Shown here in pieces: positions 45,637 to 55,600 of a DNA stretch of 64,000 nt. The notes under the pieces are model-generated. The model was given only the letters and a program-made list of their open reading frames with translations, was not told the DNA's origin and did no database searches. Location: the NCBI GenBank assembly GCA_963784785.1, contig CAWASW010000015.1, forward strand, positions 2,149-66,148, written 5' to 3'. Position numbers and translations under genes: made by a program. Every line of letters starts with the position of its first letter. The first letter of the stretch is position 1. Origin of the DNA: Candidatus Woesebacteria bacterium. GTDB lineage: Bacteria; Patescibacteriota; Microgenomatia; UBA8517.

Positions 45637-46682
45637 ATTGTTGCTAACCAGAGGCCAAAAATCGCAAGAATTATGCCAGCAAGCCAGGCGCGCATAACTA
45701 CCTTCGGCTCCTCCCAACCAATTGCTAAAAATGTATTGTGAAGTGGAGCAATTTTTAAAATTGGTCTATTCAAGTATTTCCATCCAAATATCTGTACAAC
45801 TGAGGAGACAATCTCAATTACAAATATTCCTCCAATTACACAAAGAGCAATGATATTTCCAGTTAATAAACCAACTACAGCAAGTGTAGCTCCAAATGAT
45901 AAAGCACCTGTATCTCCAAGCCAAATTCTTGCAGGCCAAGTATTAAAATATAAAAATGCAATTAGCGCCCCAATCCACAATGAAATAAATAGAGATAATG
46001 GAGTATCCAAACTACTGGCGGCAATAACCCCAAAAGCCATCAAACAAATCATTAATAATCCAGATGCTAAACCATCAAGACCGTCAGTAATATTAATTGC
46101 ATTTGTAAAGGATACAATCACAAATGCAGCAAATGGAATGTAGAGCAATCCTAAATGTAGAGTTATTCCAAAAATTGGTATATATAGGATCTGGACTCCA
46201 AGAAATTTATAAATAAAAACAGAGATAATAGTAGCCAAAATCCATTGGTCTATAAACTTTTGTTTTCTGGTAAGTCCAAAGGCTAATCCCAAAGCACCTT
46301 GAGTAGGTTTACCTAACATTTTTATATAATCATCTAGCAAACCTAATAATCCAAAAGAAATAAAAGTAAAAAATATTGTGATCAACTCAAATCTTAAATT
46401 ATATGCAGTTTGGATAAAAACCCCTAGTCTGGAACTTAATGGGAATATCACTAAGAAAAGAACCACAACAATTGCAATAATAAGTACTCCTCCACCAACA
46501 GGTGTTCCAGCTTTTATATCATGTAATTTATCAAACAAAGGTATTTTTCCATGCTTTGGAGCCTCAACTTTTCTAGTAAATTTAATTTTGTAAAGAAAAT
46601 CTATAAACGGAACAACAAGCAAAGATGTAATTGAAAATGAAAATATCACTAAGCCTAACGCTAGAGGTAAAAAGTTCTGCAT
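45633..46682 (-). CDS. mraY: MraY translocase
   Basis: KAGTPVGGG, GLLDD, NAINITDGLDGLA, LGDTG. Confidence 0.95.
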   Translation of the reverse strand: MQNFLPLALGLVIFSFSITSLLVVPFIDFLYKIKFTRKVEAPKHGKIPLFDKLHDIKAGTPVGGGVLIIAIVVVLFLVIFPLSSRLGVFIQTAYNLRFELITIFFTFISFGLLGLLDDYIKMLGKPTQGALGLAFGLTRKQKFIDQWILATIISVFIYKFLGVQILYIPIFGITLHLGLLYIPFAAFVIVSFTNAINITDGLDGLASGLLMICLMAFGVIAASSLDTPLSLFISLWIGALIAFLYFNTWPARIWLGDTGALSFGATLAVVGLLTGNIIALCVIGGIFVIEIVSSVVQIFGWKYLNRPILKIAPLHNTFLAIGWEEPKVVMRAWLAGIILAIFGLWLATI

Positions 46683-46685
46683 ATC

Positions 46686-47672
46686 TTAATATATCATCTT
46701 TTCCACAAGCTTGTCTAAGTAAATAGATCTTGAACCCTTAATTAATATATAATTATTTGGTTTTAAATATTTTGTAATATCAAGCAACACATCAATAGAA
46801 TTTTTATATAAGTTAGGGGTTATTAGTTTTACCAATTTTCCTACTCCAAAGACTTTTTCAAAATTATATTTTTTAATTTCCACAGCAATTCTTTTATGTT
46901 CAGTCTCCTCAATTTTTCCAAGTTCTAGCATATCTCCAACAACTAAAAATTTTCTATTTCTTCCGGCAAGATTATTAAAGTATTTAAGCGTTGAAATAAA
47001 TGCTTCTGGATTACTATTGTAAGAATCATCAAGAATAACTGCACCAGATTTATGTTTAATTATTTGCAACCTATGTTTAGGGCTTTCATATAAGATTTCG
47101 TTAATTTCAATGCCTAATATTTCAGCAACTTTTCTGGCAGCATTCTTATCAGTTTCAATAGAATTTTCACCATTTTTAAACCAATATTCTTTTGCCTTCA
47201 AAGTAAATTTAAGATTTTTTAAATATTTATTATCTTCATTTAGAACTGCAATTTGAGAATTTTTTACAAGTTTACTTTTTTCCTTAAGCACTCCATTTTC
47301 ATCACCAAAATATAAGGTATGAGTTGCAAATATGTTTGTAATTACTCCAATTTTCGGCTTTACCATCCACATATAAAAATCCATTTCGTTTGGATACTCA
47401 ACACCCATTTCTAAAATTAAGTACTTAGTAAAAGGTGTACATCTTAAAATAGTTGAGGAAATATTAAAAACTGGGTCTATGTTATCTTTACTCCAAACAG
47501 TTTTACCGTGAAGTTTTAATATTCCTGCGAGCATTTCCTTAGTCGTTGTCTTTCCGGAACTTCCTGTTATTCCAATAACCATTAATCCGAATATTTTTTG
47601 CAATATCAATACATATACTTTAGCAATTATATTTTTAACTGGATGATAAATATATTTTTTGAATTGTTTCAT
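46686..47672 (-). CDS. murF: MurF ligase lacking the N-terminal domain
   Basis: GITGSSGKTTTKE, LEMG, DDSYNSNP, GDMLELG, IKGSR. Confidence 0.88.
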   Translation of the reverse strand: MKQFKKYIYHPVKNIIAKVYVLILQKIFGLMVIGITGSSGKTTTKEMLAGILKLHGKTVWSKDNIDPVFNISSTILRCTPFTKYLILEMGVEYPNEMDFYMWMVKPKIGVITNIFATHTLYFGDENGVLKEKSKLVKNSQIAVLNEDNKYLKNLKFTLKAKEYWFKNGENSIETDKNAARKVAEILGIEINEILYESPKHRLQIIKHKSGAVILDDSYNSNPEAFISTLKYFNNLAGRNRKFLVVGDMLELGKIEETEHKRIAVEIKKYNFEKVFGVGKLVKLITPNLYKNSIDVLLDITKYLKPNNYILIKGSRSIYLDKLVEKMIY

Positions 47673-48403
47673 ATTTCTACTTTTTTAATTTTATCACTTA
47701 TATCATAACCTAAAAACATCTTGGCTGTTTCGATAAATCTTAGATTGACGTCAGTTAAGTAATATTTCTCTGTAAATACATTATCAATTTTAATTTTTGC
47801 TTTTATCTCTTCAATCAACTCTTCTGCTGGATCAACCAAATTTATTTTATCGCCCAAAAATTTACTAATTTTAGTTTTAATTATTGGATAATGAGTACAT
47901 CCTAAAATTAAAGTGTCTACTTTGTCTACAAAATCCTCTAAGTACTTTGAAATAAACAAATCAATTTCAGGTCCTTCTATAAAACCTTCTTCAATCAATG
48001 GTACTAACATAGTAGCATGTCTTCTTAAACTAACCATGTCATAAGCGTTACTATTAATTGTTGCTCTAGTACCAACCAACCCAATGCTATTCTTTGAAAT
48101 TAAAGTTGCTTTTTTCATAGCTGGTTCTATTACTCCATATACTGGCACACTGGAATGTTTCTTAACAATGTCTAGTGCAATTGAAGAAACGGTATTGCAC
48201 GCGACAATTATCAAGTCTACATTTTGGTCTAACAAAAACTGAGTATCTTCTTCTGCAAATTTCTTAACTGTTTCTGGACTTCTTGTTCCATATGGAACCC
48301 TTGCAGTATCACCTAAATACATAAAGGATGCGTTAGGAATTTTCTTTTTTAACTCTTTAACAACTGTAAGACCTCCTAAACCTGAATCAAATATACCGAT
48401 CAT
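47669..48403 (-). CDS. murI: Glutamate racemase
   Basis: FDSGLGG, DTARVPYG, VACNT, LGCTHYP. Confidence 0.96.
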   Translation of the reverse strand: MIGIFDSGLGGLTVVKELKKKIPNASFMYLGDTARVPYGTRSPETVKKFAEEDTQFLLDQNVDLIIVACNTVSSIALDIVKKHSSVPVYGVIEPAMKKATLISKNSIGLVGTRATINSNAYDMVSLRRHATMLVPLIEEGFIEGPEIDLFISKYLEDFVDKVDTLILGCTHYPIIKTKISKFLGDKINLVDPAEELIEEIKAKIKIDNVFTEKYYLTDVNLRFIETAKMFLGYDISDKIKKVEI

Positions 48404-49614
48404 TATAAGTTATTGACATCCTCCTTAAACTGATTACCTCGTTCTTTATAGTTTGCAAACATGTCAAAACTTGCAGCAGCTGGAGAGAGAATCGCTACAC
48501 CACCTTTTTCAGTTACTTCAAATGTCTTTTTTACAATTTCCTGCATTGAACTAGTTCCTAGATCATATATTTTTTTTGTTTTAATATATTTTTTTATTTG
48601 TTCTCTAATTTGACCTATTAAAATAACGTTTTTGACGTTTCCTGCCTTTTCAATTACCTTTCCTAATTCCTCATAATCAAGTCCTTTATCACTACCACCT
48701 AATATCAATGTCTCATCTTCTGCAAATGATTTAATGGCAGCAATAGTAGGTTGAGGTCCTGTAGCAAATGAGTCATTATAGAACTTGATCCCATCGACAT
48801 CTCTTACGAATTCTAGTCTATGTTCTAAACCTTTAAATTCTTTTACTGTTTTAACAATTATTCTCTCGTCAATATTTAGAATTTTTGCAACTGATACTGC
48901 AGCTCCAATGTTCTCTAAATTATGTTGTCCTCTTAAAATTAACCCTTTTATATATTTCTCATCTAGCTTTTTTTTGTTAAAAAATATTACATTTGCTTTC
49001 GTTTCTTTAGCAAAACTTTTTGGTACTTTGTATTCGCTATTTATAACCGTCCAATCAGATGTTTTTTGAAATTTGACTATATTTTTCTTAGCATCTATAT
49101 ATTCTGTAATATTTTTATGCCAATCCATATGGTCAGAAGTAATATTTAAGACAACTGCAATATCCGGTGAAACAGGAAGATCCATAAGCTGAAATGACGA
49201 CATTTCCAAAATCACGTACGATCTGCTATTTAATTTTGTCAATAGTTCCAAAGCAGGCTTACCAATATTACCTGCAAGATACACATCAAAATTGGCAGCT
49301 TTTAATATTTCATATATTAAAGTTGAAGTTGTTCCTTTACCTTTCGTTCCTGTTACTCCGATTATAATTCCATCAAACTGATCGAAAAATATATGTGTTG
49401 GTGTTGTAACTCTTTTTGTAGTTTTAATTTTATCTGGATATACTCCAGGAGATCTAACTACCAAATCAAATCTGTCTAAATTTTCTAGATAGTTTGGATT
49501 ATCTTTCTGATCCAAAACTGTAACGGAGGCCCCTTTTGACTTCAAGAATTTCTCAGCATCCTGACCCTCAATACCATTTCCAATTACTGCAACTTTTTTA
49601 TCTTTGTAGTTCAT
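48403..49614 (-). CDS. murD: MurD ligase
   Basis: GTKGKGTT, GNIG, EMSSFQL, GLEHRLE, SPAAASFD. Confidence 0.95.
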   Translation of the reverse strand: MNYKDKKVAVIGNGIEGQDAEKFLKSKGASVTVLDQKDNPNYLENLDRFDLVVRSPGVYPDKIKTTKRVTTPTHIFFDQFDGIIIGVTGTKGKGTTSTLIYEILKAANFDVYLAGNIGKPALELLTKLNSRSYVILEMSSFQLMDLPVSPDIAVVLNITSDHMDWHKNITEYIDAKKNIVKFQKTSDWTVINSEYKVPKSFAKETKANVIFFNKKKLDEKYIKGLILRGQHNLENIGAAVSVAKILNIDERIIVKTVKEFKGLEHRLEFVRDVDGIKFYNDSFATGPQPTIAAIKSFAEDETLILGGSDKGLDYEELGKVIEKAGNVKNVILIGQIREQIKKYIKTKKIYDLGTSSMQEIVKKTFEVTEKGGVAILSPAAASFDMFANYKERGNQFKEDVNNL

Positions 49615-50573
49615 ATATTTATATATTGTACTTCTGGTTCTAATTTTATGCCGAATTTCTTAAAAACATCATCAATAATTGTATCAGCCAATTTTTTAAC
49701 ATCACTAAAATTTCCCTTACCATTTGGATTTGTTAAAATTAATGCATGTTTATCGGAAACTTTAACTGGACCTAATGATTTTCCTTTCCAACCAGCCTTT
49801 TCAATTAAATAGCCAGCAGATATTTTGTATAAATTCCCAGTTTCATAAAATTTCATATCAGAATATTTTTTCTCAAATTCTTCCTTCATATTTTTGGTTA
49901 TGAATGGATTTACAAAAAAAGAACCAGCATTAGGCATTACTTTAGGATCTTCTAATTTTTGTGTCCTCTGTGTCAGCACATCATTTCGTATTTTATTTAA
50001 ATCTAAATTATTATCATAATCTAATTTAAACGTAACATCAGTAATTATAAATTTTTGCCAATATTTTTTTGACTTGAAAATACTTTCTCTATACCCAAAT
50101 TTACAATCGTCTTTACTAAACTTAGTGAATTTTTTATTTTCAACATCGTATGCAGTAAGCTCATAAAAAGTTTCAGATACCTCTTGTCCATATGCTCCAA
50201 TATTTTGTATTGGAGAGGCACCTACAGTTCCGGGAATACCTGACAGTGATTCCATGCCAGCCAATTTATTTTCAACTGTAAATTTTACCAAGTCATCCCA
50301 AACAACGCCTGCTTCGGCAACAACCAAATACTTGGAGTTTTGGATTTTTTGTATCTTTATTTTTTTGCCTATATATTTAACTACGACACCATTAAAATCA
50401 TTGTCAGAGACTGCAATATCGCTACCGCCCCCAATAGTAAAAATTGAAAGTTTTTTGTCTTCAGCAAACTTAACTATAGAAACTACTTCCTCTTGGTTTT
50501 TAACCATAAAGAAATATTTTATATTACCTCCAATTTTTAATGTTGTAAGTTGTTTAAAACTTGTTTTGCCCAT
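49611..50573 (-). CDS. murB: MurB reductase
   Basis: TTLKIGG, GIPGTVGASPIQNIGAYG, NAGSFF, LEPEV. Confidence 0.95.
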   Translation of the reverse strand: MGKTSFKQLTTLKIGGNIKYFFMVKNQEEVVSIVKFAEDKKLSIFTIGGGSDIAVSDNDFNGVVVKYIGKKIKIQKIQNSKYLVVAEAGVVWDDLVKFTVENKLAGMESLSGIPGTVGASPIQNIGAYGQEVSETFYELTAYDVENKKFTKFSKDDCKFGYRESIFKSKKYWQKFIITDVTFKLDYDNNLDLNKIRNDVLTQRTQKLEDPKVMPNAGSFFVNPFITKNMKEEFEKKYSDMKFYETGNLYKISAGYLIEKAGWKGKSLGPVKVSDKHALILTNPNGKGNFSDVKKLADTIIDDVFKKFGIKLEPEVQYINI

Positions 50574-51721
50574 AAGCTGCTATTTCCTGCACCCATAACA
50601 ACAATTACTTCGTAATTGCAATTTTCAATTTCCAGTTTCCAATTTCCAATAAATTTCTCGATATCCTCAACAACTCTTATATTCTCGTGTTCGGATATTT
50701 TGGCAACATCTTCAATGGTTATAGTTGGATCCGTTTCATCACGTGCTTTAAAAATTGGGCCAATAATTACAGAATCGACACTATCAAATGCATTTTTATA
50801 CAATGATAATAATGCCTTTGTACGTTTATATCCATGAGGTTCAGCGACTGCCAATATTTTTGCAGTAGGATATTTTTCCCTAAGCCCTTCAAGAGTTGTC
50901 TTTATAGCAGTTGGGTGATGAGCATAATCATCATAAATAATTGTATTTTTAACTTTTCCAATTTGTTCCATTCTTCGTCCTATTCCTTCAAAATTTTCTA
51001 GGGACTTTACTATTTCCTCACTTCTAATTCCTAATTGTTGCCCTACTAGATACGCCATATTTGCATTTTTTTGATTATGGTCACCAAAGACTTTTAAATT
51101 AAATTGTTTTAACAAACTATCATTTTGAGAAAACAAAATTCCTCCTTGCTTCAGATTATTTTTGAATTTGTTAAAACTTTCTGCTAACTGTTTTTCATCT
51201 TTAAAATAATCGGGGTGATCAAATTCAATATTGTTAATTACTATTAGATCAGGTTTATAGTGTAAAAAGTTGTCATTAAATTCGTCGGCTTCAATAACAA
51301 AATATTTGCTTTTTCCAAATCTTGAGTTTCCACCCCACTCAGGGACATTGGCTCCTATTACTGCTGTTGGATCTAGTCCATTATCTTCTAAAATTTTACC
51401 TACCATTGCGGTAGTTGTAGATTTACCATGAGTTCCTGCAATAGCTATCACAAACTTATCCATCATTAGATATTTACCAACGAACTCCTCCCATGTTACC
51501 ATCATATTTTTAGCTATAGCCTGAAGAAGTTCAGGCTCTGACTTAGATTGATAAAGTACAGCAGGAGAAACAACGAGAAGATCAATACCATCTAGATGTT
51601 TTTTGTCATGGCCACCAGATTTTAGATCACAGCCAGTTACTTCATACCCCATTTTGGAAGCAAGCGAGGCTACACCACTCATTCCGCTGCCTGAGATACC
51701 CATCATATGGATTCTTTTCAT
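50537..51721 (-). CDS. murC: MurC ligase
   Basis: GISGSGMSG, AGTHGKSTTT, IEADE, DDYAHHPT, MGAGN. Confidence 0.95.
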   Translation of the reverse strand: MKRIHMMGISGSGMSGVASLASKMGYEVTGCDLKSGGHDKKHLDGIDLLVVSPAVLYQSKSEPELLQAIAKNMMVTWEEFVGKYLMMDKFVIAIAGTHGKSTTTAMVGKILEDNGLDPTAVIGANVPEWGGNSRFGKSKYFVIEADEFNDNFLHYKPDLIVINNIEFDHPDYFKDEKQLAESFNKFKNNLKQGGILFSQNDSLLKQFNLKVFGDHNQKNANMAYLVGQQLGIRSEEIVKSLENFEGIGRRMEQIGKVKNTIIYDDYAHHPTAIKTTLEGLREKYPTAKILAVAEPHGYKRTKALLSLYKNAFDSVDSVIIGPIFKARDETDPTITIEDVAKISEHENIRVVEDIEKFIGNWKLEIENCNYEVIVVMGAGNSSLWAKQVLNNLQH

Positions 51722-51744
51722 GTTATGAAGTATATTATACTTTA

Positions 51745-52707
51745 ATGATGGAAAATATTCTCGTTACAGGTGTTTCTGGAGAAGTTGGGTACGGACTTGT
51801 CAAAAAACTTCATGATCTTAAAAAATACAATGTAATAGCAGTAGATATTAAAGATCCAGAAATTTCTGCCTCAAAAAGCATCGATAAATTTATAAAGTGC
51901 GACATTCTTGATAACGAATTACTTAAAAAAATATTTGACGAAGAAAATATTGATTCAATAGTACATCTAGCCTCAATTTTATCAACAGGTGGAGAGAAAA
52001 ACCCAGAGCTTGCAACAGACATTAACATAACAGGAACGCTAAATTTACTTAAGCTTGCAACTGAAAATTCAATTAAAAATAAAAAATCAATTAAATTTAT
52101 TTTTCCTAGTTCAATAGCTGCCGACGGTAATCCTATTACTATTTATGGTATTTCGAAACAAGCCTGTGAAAATTTAGGAATATATTTTTCGAAACATTAC
52201 AAAGCACTCGACACTTCAATTAACCAAGCTAATTTAATAGATTTTAGATGTGTAAGATTTCCAGGATTACTTTCACCTGATACAGTACCTTCCGGAGGTA
52301 CTAGTGATTACGGGCCAGAGATGTTGCATGCAGCAGCTCAAGGCAAGGATTATGAGTGTTTCGTTAGACCAGACACCACAATTCCGTTTATGGCAATGAA
52401 CGATGCTGTAAAAATTTTATATCAATTACTTGAAACACCAAAGCAAAATATGACACAGGCCGTATATACAGTCAGTGGTTTCTCTGTTTCTGCAAAAGAA
52501 ATTGAAGAAGAAATTAGAAATGCTTTCCCAAATACAAAAGTTACATATAAAATTAATGAAGAGAGACAAAAAATTGTAGACAGTTGGCCGAAATCAGTTG
52601 GTTCAGAACAAGCGGAAAAAGATTGGGGATATAAATTGGAATATGATTTCAAGTCTACTTTCTCAGGATACTTAATTCCAAAAATTAAACTTCGATATCT
52701 AAAATAG
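51745..52707 (+). CDS. Extended SDR epimerase/dehydrogenase (L-threonine 3-dehydrogenase-like)
   Basis: LVTGVSGEVG, PSSIA, YGISK, GGTSDY, RQKIVDSWP. Confidence 0.8.
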   Translation: MMENILVTGVSGEVGYGLVKKLHDLKKYNVIAVDIKDPEISASKSIDKFIKCDILDNELLKKIFDEENIDSIVHLASILSTGGEKNPELATDINITGTLNLLKLATENSIKNKKSIKFIFPSSIAADGNPITIYGISKQACENLGIYFSKHYKALDTSINQANLIDFRCVRFPGLLSPDTVPSGGTSDYGPEMLHAAAQGKDYECFVRPDTTIPFMAMNDAVKILYQLLETPKQNMTQAVYTVSGFSVSAKEIEEEIRNAFPNTKVTYKINEERQKIVDSWPKSVGSEQAEKDWGYKLEYDFKSTFSGYLIPKIKLRYLK

Positions 52708-53695
52708 CTTCTGCAAGTTTTATTGGATCATGTCTTAAAAGGTGTTCTTTCTTTAAATATACAGAAACAGATTTTTTAATAATTTTTATGTTACAGTCAA
52801 GCTCCTCGATCTTTGTTTCGTCAACTTCAACCATGTTTTGTCCTTCTTCTTTGTAGATCTCTAACATCTCAGTGTCTAAATGATTATCGTTTATTATCAA
52901 ATAATTTATTCTATTTGGTAAATCAAGATAATACATAAAATGTTTCAAAAAATCAGAAGCTTTGTAATCATCTGTTTCCCCTGCTTTAGTCATTAAATTT
53001 AATACAAGAATTAATTTTGCCTTAGAGTTTTCGATTGCTTCTCTTACACCCGAAACAAGCAGATGTGGCAATATACTTGTGTACAAATCTCCCTGAGAGA
53101 AAATTATTTTATCTGCATCTTTTATTTCTTTAATTAGTTCTGAATTGATTTCAGAACTAGTATCAAAATATATTCTAATTATTTTGTCATTAGGATCGTA
53201 ATCTCGATTTTTGACTCTCAGATCTATACTTGATTCACCATAAATTTGGCTACCTTTATTTGTCTCTGCAACAAGTTGTACTTTAGACAAACTAACAGGC
53301 ATTACTTTCGCCGAAACTCTAAATAATTTACATTCTGCCTTTATTCCTCGGTCCTGACCACTATATATATTATCCAATCTTGCAGTTAATAAGTTCCCAA
53401 AAGAATGTCCTTTTAATGGACCTGACAAATCCTCCAATCTATCGTCAAACAATTTTTGGGCCACTTTTCTTTGATTATCATCTTCCATCAACGCAAGGAC
53501 ACACCTTCTAATATCTCCAGGAGGTAAAACTCCAATCTCAGTTCTCAATCTTCCGGAGCTACCACCACTATCCCACGTTCCAGCAACTGCTGTAATTTTC
53601 TTGTTATCGTTTAATTCCCGAAGGCCACTCAGAAGTTGAAATTGCCCTGTACCTCCACCAAATGTAACTATTTTTTGTTTGTACTTTGACATCAA
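52685..53695 (-). CDS. yvcK: YvcK/GlmR (UPF0052) family protein
   Basis: FGGGTG, DSGGSSGRLR, PPGDIR, GHSFGNL, LYTSILP, RHDP. Confidence 0.92.
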   Translation of the reverse strand: MMSKYKQKIVTFGGGTGQFQLLSGLRELNDNKKITAVAGTWDSGGSSGRLRTEIGVLPPGDIRRCVLALMEDDNQRKVAQKLFDDRLEDLSGPLKGHSFGNLLTARLDNIYSGQDRGIKAECKLFRVSAKVMPVSLSKVQLVAETNKGSQIYGESSIDLRVKNRDYDPNDKIIRIYFDTSSEINSELIKEIKDADKIIFSQGDLYTSILPHLLVSGVREAIENSKAKLILVLNLMTKAGETDDYKASDFLKHFMYYLDLPNRINYLIINDNHLDTEMLEIYKEEGQNMVEVDETKIEELDCNIKIIKKSVSVYLKKEHLLRHDPIKLAEAILDIEV

Positions 53696-55593
53696 TTTGA
53701 AAGTCTTTTTAACATCTTTTTTTCTGCTTCTGCCAGTTGTTCTGGATTATTTATGCCTTGCCATTCGGAAGAATCAGGAAGTGTATAAACAGAAACTTTT
53801 TCTTTATTTCTTAAAGCGATCTCAATTAAATCAGGTAGATAATATTCCTTTGCAGCAGTATTCTTTTTGATATTAAAAATGTTTTTTTGTAGCCATTTGT
53901 AGTTAAAAATATACAGTCCGTCATTTACTTCTTTTATTCTCTTTTGATCTTCGCTTGCATTTTTTTCCTCAACCGTTCCTAATAAATTTCCTTTTTTATC
54001 TCTTACTACTCTTCCCAAACCAGTAGGATCATCTTGTATCAAACTAACAAAAGTTAATATTGACTTAGTTTTTTGATGTAAATCAATAACGTTTTTAATA
54101 GTTTTTGGGGTGTAAAAGGCACTATCATCTCCATTTATAACAAGTAAAGTTTCTGTATCTTTTGAAATTTTAGGGAATGCATTCAACACTGCGTTTCCAG
54201 TACCTAACTGCTTAGGTTGTATAGCGTATTCAACGTTTTTAGACAGTTGCTTAAGAACAACGTTTCTTTTATATCCCAAAACAGGAATTATCTCCCTTAT
54301 ACCCGCATTTCTTAAGTTCTCCAAAGAAAACGATATCATTGGTCGACCTGTTATCTGATGTAAAATCTTAGGTAGTGATGAACACATTCTTTTGCCTTTA
54401 CCACCTGCAAGTATTACACCTGTCAGATTCTCGTATCCACCCAATTGATTCTTTATAAAATCCTGATCACTCCAAGGATGTTCAAAGTGATCAAAACACA
54501 TAGACTTCTCATGTCCTTTTCCAAAAACTCCAATTATATCTCCCTTCTCTGCTATAGACATTGAATATGCAATTGCCTCACCTCTTTCTGGAATTGAGAC
54601 AAAATTATCGTTTACAGCACCACGTTTCATTTGCTTCAGAATTTTGAAAATACCTTCATTTCTTGGATCCTCAGCAGTTAAAACTGTAAAGTCAGCGGCA
54701 TTAGTCGATATTTTAGTCATTTTCGATCTTTTTCTTGGATCTCTTTCACCTGCACAGCCAAAAACAGATATTAATCTGCCTTTAGATATTGTTTTCAAAT
54801 ATTTAAGTGCAACTTCCAAAGAATCTGGCGTATGAGCAAAGTCTACAAAAATTCTGAAACCTTCATTATTCGGAACTTCTTCTAATCTGCCACTCGGTAA
54901 TTTAAAACTTTTTAGTGCCTTTAAGGACTCCTCTTTTTTAATCCCCAGTTCCTTGCATACTTCCATTGCTGTTTCTGCATTTATATTATTAAATTCTCCG
55001 GGAAGGATATTTAATTTTGTAGATTTAGGACTAAATATTCTATATTGTGCTGAATTAACAAACATCATTTTAACTCTTTTATATTCTTTAAAAGTCTTAT
55101 GGTAATCTAGATGCTCTGGCTGGATATTTGTCAAAACTGATATATCAAACTTTATTCCGGAGATTCGTCCTTGATCAATTCCATGCGAACTTACTTCTAG
55201 TACAACATATTCATAACCATCTTTAACCATATCTGAAAGCTTTTTGTTCAATGTGATAATATCCGGAGTAGTAGTATGGAACCCTTCTACAGAAATAGTC
55301 GATATCAGACCTACTTTCTTGCCAACACTTGTTAAGATATGATGAATAATATGGCAAGTTGTTGTTTTACCCTTTGTGCCTGTAACCCCGATAACCTTTA
55401 ATTTACTACTGGGATTTTTATAATAGTCTGAAGCTAGTTTCCCTAAAATTTGTTTCGTATCTCCTCTATCGTAAATTACAGAAGCACCTCTTCTTTTTGC
55501 ATCATCAATATAATCATGACCATCAACAGTTTGACCTTTGATCGCAACGAAAATATCACCTTTTTTGACTTTCCGTGAATCAAATTGAATCAT
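53692..55593 (-). CDS. murE: MurE ligase fused to a GlmU-type uridylyltransferase domain
   Basis: N-part: DSRKV, GTKGKTTT, EVSSHG, DFAHTPD, GKGHE; C-part: ILAGGKGKRM..LPKILH, QLGTG, INGD, EYYLPD, GINNP; no LbH acetyltransferase domain. Confidence 0.9.
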   Translation of the reverse strand: MIQFDSRKVKKGDIFVAIKGQTVDGHDYIDDAKRRGASVIYDRGDTKQILGKLASDYYKNPSSKLKVIGVTGTKGKTTTCHIIHHILTSVGKKVGLISTISVEGFHTTTPDIITLNKKLSDMVKDGYEYVVLEVSSHGIDQGRISGIKFDISVLTNIQPEHLDYHKTFKEYKRVKMMFVNSAQYRIFSPKSTKLNILPGEFNNINAETAMEVCKELGIKKEESLKALKSFKLPSGRLEEVPNNEGFRIFVDFAHTPDSLEVALKYLKTISKGRLISVFGCAGERDPRKRSKMTKISTNAADFTVLTAEDPRNEGIFKILKQMKRGAVNDNFVSIPERGEAIAYSMSIAEKGDIIGVFGKGHEKSMCFDHFEHPWSDQDFIKNQLGGYENLTGVILAGGKGKRMCSSLPKILHQITGRPMISFSLENLRNAGIREIIPVLGYKRNVVLKQLSKNVEYAIQPKQLGTGNAVLNAFPKISKDTETLLVINGDDSAFYTPKTIKNVIDLHQKTKSILTFVSLIQDDPTGLGRVVRDKKGNLLGTVEEKNASEDQKRIKEVNDGLYIFNYKWLQKNIFNIKKNTAAKEYYLPDLIEIALRNKEKVSVYTLPDSSEWQGINNPEQLAEAEKKMLKRLSN

Positions 55594-55600
55594 CGTTTAA

